DNA of 4,062 nucleotides from a virus (Duplodnaviria; Heunggongvirae; Uroviricota; Caudoviricetes): IMG/VR virus record IMGVR_UViG_2671180852_000012; one strand, 5' to 3'. Shown piece by piece: positions 1 to 4,062 of this stretch (position 1 is its first letter; each line of letters starts with the position of its first letter). The notes under the pieces were generated by a model. It saw only the letters and a program-made list of their open reading frames with translations, ran no database searches and was not told where the DNA came from. The position numbers and the translations under genes were made by a program.

Positions 1-452
1 TCCAGTATCCGGATGGTAAGCCGCCGGTATGGGCAAAGTGTACGAAAGGTGTGTATCCGTCTTACTGGGAAGAATGGAAAAAAGTCAGGGAGGTGGTAAA
101 AGTTGCCTGTCCGGAGTGTGGCGGAAAGGGTGAGGTTTCCACCGCCTGTAAGGATTGCCGTGGGCGTGGTGTCGCCATTCATCGTGAAGAGTCGGTAAAA
201 CGTGGTATGCCTGTTATCAGAGACTGCCAGCGTTGTGGTGGTCGTGGCTATGAAAGACTACCATCAACGGAGGCATTTAATGCTATATGCGAGGTGACAA
301 ACCAGATAACACGCGCGTCATGGGAAAAAACAGTTAAGAAATTCTATGATGCGCTGGTGACTCGGTTTGATATTGAAGAAGCATGGGCTGAGCGGCAGTT
401 AAAAAAGGTAACTAGGTTGATTTTTCCGGAATCTGTGGTAAATTCGTCATAA
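1..452 (+). CDS. Cys-rich zinc-finger protein, 5'-truncated by the window edge; probable late-gene antiterminator Q-like protein
   Basis: Frame is open from position 3 to the TAA at 450-452, so the listed GTG at 51 is probably internal. Three CxxCxGxG repeats (CPECGGKG, CKDCRGRG, CQRCGGRG) indicate a DnaJ-type zinc-binding domain. It sits immediately upstream of a promoter-plus-terminator pair and the tRNA cluster, which is where Q lies in Stx-type lambdoid phages. The functional assignment is positional inference, not sequence recognition. Confidence 0.5.
   Translation, partial: QYPDGKPPVWAKCTKGVYPSYWEEWKKVREVVKVACPECGGKGEVSTACKDCRGRGVAIHREESVKRGMPVIRDCQRCGGRGYERLPSTEAFNAICEVTNQITRASWEKTVKKFYDALVTRFDIEEAWAERQLKKVTRLIFPESVVNSS
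417..445 (+). promoter_or_regulatory. Candidate sigma70 late promoter (pR'-like)
   Basis: TTGATT at 417-422, spacer of 16, extended -10 TGgTAAATT at 436-444. Predicted start is near the Q stop codon, about 40 nt upstream of the hairpin terminator, giving the short-transcript arrangement expected for pR'/tR'. Confidence 0.35.
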
Positions 453-491
453 CTATGGGCGTTTTATGCCTGACGTTAGAAGAGTTTCTAC

Positions 492-517
492 AACCCGCCG
501 CCGAGCGGGTTTTTTAT
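492..517 (+). terminator. Rho-independent terminator (tR'-like)
   Basis: GC stem CCCGC (494-498) / GCGGG (505-509) with loop CGCCGA, followed by TTTTTTATT at 510-517. Confidence 0.6.
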
Positions 518-545
518 TGCGGAATTAATTACGGACCGTTATTAT
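517..545 (+). promoter_or_regulatory. Candidate promoter directly upstream of tRNA cassette copy 1
   Basis: TTGCGG at 517-522, spacer of 17, TATTAT at 540-545. Predicted start is 2-3 nt before the tRNA 5' end at 555. The -35 is weak and overlaps the terminator T-tract. Confidence 0.3.
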
Positions 546-554
546 TCTGCTCCC

Positions 555-630
555 GGCCCTTTAGCTCAGTGGTGAGAGCGAGCGACTCATAATCGCCAGG
601 TCGCTGGTTCAAATCCAGCAAGGGCCACCA
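555..630 (+). tRNA. ileZ: tRNA-Ile2 (anticodon CAU, lysidine type), copy 1
   Basis: 76 nt. Acceptor stem GGCCCTT/AAGGGCC, anticodon loop CTCATAA, T-arm GGTTCAAATCC, 3' CCA encoded. Closely resembles E. coli ileX rather than a Met tRNA. Confidence 0.9.
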
Positions 631-637
631 TCACAAA

Positions 638-717
638 CCGCCATTAGCTTATCAGGAAGAGCAGACGACACGATAACAGGGTTGTTGGTGCGGGGGCGGG
701 TCCCCGATGGCGGTCCA
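638..717 (+). tRNA. tRNA-like element, possibly a degenerate third tRNA (argN position), copy 1
   Basis: 80 nt. Perfect acceptor-like pairing CCGCCAT/ATGGCGG followed by T and CCA; a D-arm-like GCTT/GAGC helix. I could not fold a canonical anticodon arm, and the T-arm region is a GC hairpin (CGGGG/CCCCG) with a 6-nt loop rather than a TPsiC loop. Spacing between the flanking tRNAs (7 and 13 nt) is typical of a three-tRNA cluster. Confidence 0.3.
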
Positions 718-730
718 TTATCGGTATTCA

Positions 731-807
731 GCGTTGTTAGCTCAGCCGGACAGAGCAATTGCCTTCTAAGCAATCGGTCACTGGTTCGAATCCAGTACAG
801 CGCGCCA
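731..807 (+). tRNA. argO: tRNA-Arg (anticodon UCU, reads AGA), copy 1
   Basis: 77 nt. Acceptor GCGTTGT/ACAGCGC with one G-U pair, anticodon loop CTTCTAA, T-arm ACTGG-TTCGAAT-CCAGT, 3' CCA. Architecture resembles E. coli argU. The symbol is assigned by its position as last gene of the cluster. Confidence 0.88.
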
Positions 808-909
808 TATTCATTCTTCCAGATTCCTTCCGGCAGAGCCTTATACTGAAATATACCTGGCTCAGGATATTGTTGAAAATATTAGACTATCAGTTCGGTT
901 GTTACAGAC

Positions 910-937
910 GCCTTCCGCAGTGAAGGCTTTTTTATTT
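910..937 (+). terminator. Rho-independent terminator between tRNA cassette 1 and the methyltransferase
   Basis: Stem GCCTTC (910-915) / GAAGGC (922-927), loop CGCAGT, followed by TTTTTTATTT at 928-937. Confidence 0.7.
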
Positions 938-954
938 GTGGTAAATGGGCGGCT

Positions 955-962
955 GGGGGGGG
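955..962 (+). repeat. G8 homopolymeric tract
   Basis: Eight consecutive G at 955-962, followed by TTA and four more G. Lies in the intergenic region about 110 bp upstream of the methyltransferase start. Confidence 0.9.
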
Positions 963-1022
963 TTAGGGGCACCCACCAGCCATCTGCTCATGCGTTGGGT
1001 TCACAAGCAAACCTCAGGCCCA

Positions 1023-1041
1023 CTGCTTTGCGCAAAAGCAG
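1023..1041 (+). promoter_or_regulatory. Inverted repeat, operator-like or stem-loop, upstream of the methyltransferase
   Basis: CTGCTTT (1023-1029) and AAAGCAG (1035-1041) around a GCGCA centre; near-perfect palindrome about 35-50 bp upstream of the ATG at 1074. Confidence 0.3.
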
Positions 1042-1073
1042 AATGAGCCTATCAGAGACAGGCTTAATGATCC

Positions 1074-2123
1074 ATGCTTAATACTGTAAAAATATCCAGT
1101 TGTGAGTTAATCAACGCCGACTGCCTGGAATTTATCCGGTCGTTACCCGAAAATTCTGTTGACCTGATAGTCACGGACCCGCCGTACTTTAAAGTGAAGC
1201 CTGAGGGCTGGGATAACCAGTGGAAGGGCGACGATGATTACCTGAAGTGGCTGGACCAGTGTCTGGCGCAGTTCTGGCGGGTGCTGAAACCTGCCGGAAG
1301 TCTTTACCTGTTCTGTGGTCATCGCCTGGCATCTGATATCGAAATCATGATGCGTGAACGCTTCAGTGTGCTGAACCATATTATCTGGGCGAAGCCGTCC
1401 GGACGCTGGAACGGATGCAACAAGGAAAGCCTGCGGGCGTATTTCCCCGCCACAGAGCGCATTCTGTTCGCGGAACATTATCAGGGGCCGTATCGTCCGA
1501 AAGATGCCGGGTATGCGGCGAAGGGCAGTGCACTGAAACAGCATGTGATGGCCCCGCTGATTTCTTACTTTCGTGATGCGCGCGCTGCCCTGGGGATAAC
1601 GGCAAAACAGATTGCAGATGCCACAGGAAAGAAAAACATGGTGTCGCACTGGTTCAGTGCCAGTCAGTGGCAGCTACCGAACGAAAGCGATTATCTGAAA
1701 TTACAGTCGCTGTTTGCCCGGGTGGCAGAAGAGAAACATCAGCGCGGTGAACTGGAAAAGCCCCACCACCAGCTGGTGGATACGTATACGTCACTGAACC
1801 GGCAGTATGTGGAGCTGCAGAGTGAATATAAGCATCTGCGGCGGTATTTTGGTGTGACGGCGCAGGTGCCGTACACGGATGTGTGGACACATAAACCGGT
1901 GCAGTTCTATCCCGGGAAACATCCGTGCGAAAAACCGGCAGAAATGCTGCAGCAGATAATCAGCGCAAGCAGTCGTCCGGGTGACCTGGTTGCAGATTTT
2001 TTTATGGGCTCAGGTTCAACGGTAAAAGCTGCACTGGCGCTCGGGCGTCGTGCGATTGGCGTTGAACTGGAGACCGGACGTTTTGAGCAGACAGTCAGGG
2101 AAGTTCAGGATTTAATCGTTTGA
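1074..2123 (+). CDS. DNA methyltransferase, beta-class, predicted N6-adenine specific; apparently orphan
   Basis: 349-aa ORF. Catalytic motif IV DPPY (nt 1176-1187) is near the N-terminus; HPCEKP (CcrM/YhdJ-like HPxxKP) followed by AdoMet-binding FFMGSGST is near the C-terminus. That order is the beta-class signature. No restriction endonuclease ORF is adjacent within the window. Confidence 0.9.
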   Translation: MLNTVKISSCELINADCLEFIRSLPENSVDLIVTDPPYFKVKPEGWDNQWKGDDDYLKWLDQCLAQFWRVLKPAGSLYLFCGHRLASDIEIMMRERFSVLNHIIWAKPSGRWNGCNKESLRAYFPATERILFAEHYQGPYRPKDAGYAAKGSALKQHVMAPLISYFRDARAALGITAKQIADATGKKNMVSHWFSASQWQLPNESDYLKLQSLFARVAEEKHQRGELEKPHHQLVDTYTSLNRQYVELQSEYKHLRRYFGVTAQVPYTDVWTHKPVQFYPGKHPCEKPAEMLQQIISASSRPGDLVADFFMGSGSTVKAALALGRRAIGVELETGRFEQTVREVQDLIV

Positions 2124-2134
2124 AACGGATGAGA

Positions 2135-2163
2135 TTGCAGAATTAATTACGCACCATTATTAT
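2135..2163 (+). promoter_or_regulatory. Candidate promoter upstream of tRNA cassette copy 2
   Basis: TTGCAG at 2135-2140, spacer of 17, TATTAT at 2158-2163. Same geometry as copy 1. Confidence 0.3.
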
Positions 2164-2172
2164 TCTGCTTCC

Positions 2173-2248
2173 GGCCCTTTAGCTCAGTGGTGAGAGCGAG
2201 CGACTCATAATCGCCAGGTCGCTGGTTCAAATCCAGCAAGGGCCACCA
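2173..2248 (+). tRNA. ileZ: tRNA-Ile2 (anticodon CAU), copy 2
   Basis: Identical to 555-630. Confidence 0.9.
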
Positions 2249-2255
2249 TCACAAA

Positions 2256-2335
2256 CCGCCATTAGCTTATCAGGAAGAGCAGACGACACGATAACAGGGT
2301 TGTTGGTGCGGGGGCGGGTCCCCGATGGCGGTCCA
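2256..2335 (+). tRNA. tRNA-like element, possibly degenerate tRNA, copy 2
   Basis: Identical to 638-717; same caveats. Confidence 0.3.
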
Positions 2336-2348
2336 TTATCGGTATTCA

Positions 2349-2425
2349 GCGTTGTTAGCTCAGCCGGACAGAGCAATTGCCTTCTAAGCAATCGGTCACT
2401 GGTTCGAATCCAGTACAGCGCGCCA
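2349..2425 (+). tRNA. argO: tRNA-Arg (anticodon UCU), copy 2
   Basis: Identical to 731-807. Confidence 0.88.
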
Positions 2426-2535
2426 TATTCATTCTTCCAGATTCCTTCCGGCAGAGCCTTATACTGAAATATACCTGGCTCAGGATATTGTTGAAAATAT
2501 TTTATGTTTGTCAAAAATAAAAGTTCTGTTAAGTA

Positions 2536-2889
2536 TTGATTGAGTGTTTGTTATACGGTCTAATGGTTTTTTCAGCATTAAATATTTATCATTCATATGG
2601 TGTGGGTAGAGTGAATATTGATGAGGCGTCGGGGTGTTTCATCCTTAGGCAGCGTATTGATATAGTCAATGCAGCACGAGCAAAGGCCTTCAGCCGTTTG
2701 ACAGTTTTGTTCTGTACTCCTGATCGTCTTTCGGGAAGAGACGTTATTATTCTGAATAGTGATGCTATACAGAGGGTTTGCGATGAGTTCATGGTTGCTA
2801 ATTCAGAATTATTTGCTCTTGTTCAGGAGTACAACAGAATAGCCAGGACCTGTGGTATGGATGAACTTCGGATTACTCATCTGGGGTAG
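2536..2889 (+). CDS. Hypothetical protein in AT-rich cargo region; start codon uncertain
   Basis: 354-nt open frame in AT-rich DNA, where stop codons are frequent by chance. Translation looks protein-like and not low-complexity. No convincing Shine-Dalgarno at the TTG at 2536; alternative starts are ATG 2563 and GTG 2602 or 2611. I do not recognise the family. Confidence 0.4.
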   Translation: MIECLLYGLMVFSALNIYHSYGVGRVNIDEASGCFILRQRIDIVNAARAKAFSRLTVLFCTPDRLSGRDVIILNSDAIQRVCDEFMVANSELFALVQEYNRIARTCGMDELRITHLG

Positions 2890-2969
2890 ATACATATCTG
2901 GATTATCACCTGTTACGGTAAAAAGTGATTGCTTACTGTTTTTGTGAATGGCATTGCAGCAGCCGGATA

Positions 2970-3056
2970 ATGTCAGTGCTGGCTGACGGTGTGCTGGTGG
3001 CGGGTGTGGTGGTTGCTGCTTTCCCGTTGCTGAAAAAGAAAACGCCAGACTGTTAG
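2970..3056 (+). CDS. Candidate small hydrophobic peptide (28 aa, MSVLADGVLVAGVVVAAFPLLKKKTPDC)
   Basis: A hydrophobic stretch followed by KKK, the general shape of small membrane peptides or type I toxins. Frame is open back to a GTG at 2925 (43-aa alternative). Ribosome-binding site is weak, so it may be chance. Confidence 0.2.
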   Translation: MSVLADGVLVAGVVVAAFPLLKKKTPDC

Positions 3057-3280
3057 CCGGGTATCAGTTAGCGGGAGAAATTTTTAAATACTTCACAATT
3101 CAGGCGGTTGACTGTTGTCTGGTTTGCGGGGAGTTTGTTAAAAGAAACTGGCATGGTGAATCCCCCTGTGCGGAGGGGCAATCAGCGAGTAGGTATATGG
3201 GATAATCGCGGATTCAGGTGCTGGTACTGAATTCACCGGGAGGCACCCGGCACCATGCAATGGCACATAGCGCCACTCTC

Positions 3281-3317
3281 CAGCCCCTCTCCGGAGGGGC
3301 TGTTTATATTGATTTTG
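3281..3317 (+). terminator. Rho-independent terminator at the convergence point of + and - strand cargo genes
   Basis: Perfect 9-bp stem CAGCCCCTC (3281-3289) / GAGGGGCTG (3294-3302), loop TCCG, followed by TTTATATTGATTTTG. The T-rich tail is only on the + strand. Confidence 0.65.
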
Positions 3318-3336
3318 TCAGATGTGAGTAAACTCC

Positions 3337-3672
3337 TTATGGACTTTGTTGTTTTAGTCCATAAGGACATATTTGCAGAGTGCAACGGTTATTAAAGCAT
3401 TCATTCAATACGTTATCTGTATTTGTAGGGCATTCCTGGCTGTTTTTGATTAAATTCCAGAATGTTTTATTGAATGGTACTACGTTGTAAATGGTTACAG
3501 GTAGCACTTTGTTATTGAGCATGATGCCTGTGTGAGTCAGTGTAAATATACTTTCAGGAGGTAAGAAAGCATCCGATTGATACCAGATTATTAATTTTAT
3601 TTTACTCCATATGACTGAAAAAGATATTCCGCATGATGGCTGGATAACTGTATCAATCACAATCCACTTCAT
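3337..3672 (-). CDS. Hypothetical protein (111 aa), minus strand, AT-rich moron-like gene
   Basis: ORF has a good ribosome-binding site on the minus strand (AGGA about 6 nt before the ATG, read as CAAGGAAACTAA-ATG). AT-rich codon usage; several Cys in the C-terminal half. Family not recognised. Confidence 0.5.
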   Translation of the reverse strand: MKWIVIDTVIQPSCGISFSVIWSKIKLIIWYQSDAFLPPESIFTLTHTGIMLNNKVLPVTIYNVVPFNKTFWNLIKNSQECPTNTDNVLNECFNNRCTLQICPYGLKQQSP

Positions 3673-3712
3673 TTAGTTTCCTTGTTTATGCCTTGCTGGT
3701 GATGTTCTGAAA

Positions 3713-3739
3713 AGTATAAATGATATTTTTGATTGTAAA
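3713..3739 (-). promoter_or_regulatory. Candidate promoter for the minus-strand 111-aa ORF
   Basis: Read on the minus strand: TTTACA (plus-strand 3734-3739), spacer of 15, TATACT (plus-strand 3713-3718), about 40 nt upstream of the ATG. The spacer is short. Confidence 0.25.
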
Positions 3740-3932
3740 CCATAGAGCAGAATTATTTTTCTGATGTTGTTTATTGTTTATTTAAATGCAGGGTGGTTTA
3801 TATCTCGTCTTGTAGTTTATCCATGCATATCTGCTTGATAATCAGGTTTTTATTTAAGGTATGGTTTTGTGTTTTTTCTGTATTACATGTCAGGTATTTT
3901 AAAGAATTATTTTTCAGATGGTGGAAAGAACC

Positions 3933-4062
3933 ATGGCATTTAAACACTATGATGTTGTCAGGGCGGCGCCGCCGTCAGATCTTGCGGAAAAGCTGACACA
4001 TAAACTGAAAGAGGGCTGGCAGCCGTTTGGTAGTCCGGTGGCCATAACCCCTTATACCCTGA
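3933..4062 (+). CDS. Small conserved lambdoid-phage late-region protein, 3'-truncated by the window edge; DUF1737-like by recollection
   Basis: ATG at 3933 preceded by GGAAAG about 7 nt upstream. The frame is open to the window end (MAFKHYDVVRAAPPSDLAEKLTHKLKEGWQPFGSPVAITPYTL...), which is why it is absent from the ORF track. It resembles small proteins found just upstream of the lysis cassette in Stx-type prophages; the family name is from memory, not a search. Confidence 0.5.
   Translation, partial: MAFKHYDVVRAAPPSDLAEKLTHKLKEGWQPFGSPVAITPYTL

Larger units (their letters stand above)
516..883 (+). repeat. Direct repeat copy 1 (368 bp) carrying the whole tRNA cassette
   Basis: Aligns with 2134-2501 at a constant offset of 1618 bp. 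Four mismatches (521, 534, 538, 552), all in the first 37 bp; 553-883 is identical to 2171-2501 by direct comparison. Confidence 0.95.
2134..2501 (+). repeat. Direct repeat copy 2 (368 bp) carrying the whole tRNA cassette
   Basis: See copy 1. Starts 11 bp after the methyltransferase stop codon. Confidence 0.95.

Noticed and set aside
555-630. Reading the CAU-anticodon tRNA as tRNA-Met
   Set aside because: Acceptor stem, anticodon stem and T-arm match the E. coli ileX (Ile2, lysidine) type, not initiator or elongator Met tRNAs.
899-1081. 60-aa + strand ORF upstream of the methyltransferase
   Set aside because: It spans the hairpin terminator, the G8 tract and the palindrome in GC-rich intergenic DNA, has no ribosome-binding site, and overlaps the methyltransferase start out of frame. 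Most likely a chance frame.
1143-1890. Three minus-strand ORFs (1143-1649, 1381-1605, 1654-1890) inside the methyltransferase gene
   Set aside because: They are antisense to a methyltransferase ORF with clear catalytic motifs, and their translations are low-complexity and Arg/Pro/His-rich, as expected for antisense frames of a GC-balanced gene.
2227-2514. 95-aa minus-strand ORF
   Set aside because: It lies entirely over the second tRNA cassette, whose sequence is explained by the tRNA genes; the identical first cassette has no equivalent ORF call.
2589-2792. 67-aa minus-strand ORF
   Set aside because: Antisense to, and wholly inside, the longer 117-aa + ORF, with no ribosome-binding site. 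I kept the longer + ORF, though neither is certain.
3255-3404. 49-aa + ORF beginning after GGGAGG and running through the terminator hairpin
   Set aside because: It reads straight through the terminator and overlaps the better-supported minus-strand ORF. Probably chance, though the Shine-Dalgarno-like GGGAGG is noted.
2502-3932. Shiga toxin genes stxA/stxB at their canonical position
   Set aside because: No ORF here matches the StxA N-terminus or has the stxA-stxB size and arrangement; the locus holds different cargo.
3793-3996. 67-aa + strand ORF in the AT-rich intergenic region
   Set aside because: It overlaps, out of frame, the start of the conserved small phage protein beginning at 3933, which has a better ribosome-binding site. 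Its translation is low-complexity.
1-4062. CRISPR array, integrase, transposase or insertion-sequence ends
   Set aside because: No short regularly spaced repeats, no terminal inverted repeats and no ORF with recombinase features. The only long repeats are the duplicated tRNA cassettes.

Overview
This window looks like the late-gene regulatory region of a lambdoid, Stx-phage-like prophage from an enterobacterium, with no Shiga toxin genes at the position where they normally sit. Reading left to right on the + strand: the 3' end of a cysteine-rich protein that is probably antiterminator Q by position; a candidate late promoter and a hairpin terminator (pR'/tR'-like); a tRNA cassette (tRNA-Ile2 CAU, a non-canonical tRNA-like element, tRNA-Arg UCU); a strong terminator; a complete 349-aa beta-class N6-adenine DNA methyltransferase; and a second, identical copy of the tRNA cassette. 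The two cassettes form 368-bp direct repeats bracketing the methyltransferase. Downstream lies a visibly AT-rich cargo segment of about 1.4 kb with two uncharacterised ORFs (one on each strand), a small hydrophobic peptide ORF and a hairpin terminator, then the start of a small conserved phage protein that runs off the window. The most interesting candidates are the repeat-flanked methyltransferase module and the unrecognised AT-rich cargo at the stx-equivalent position. All calls are from reading the sequence by eye; no searches or folding programs were run.
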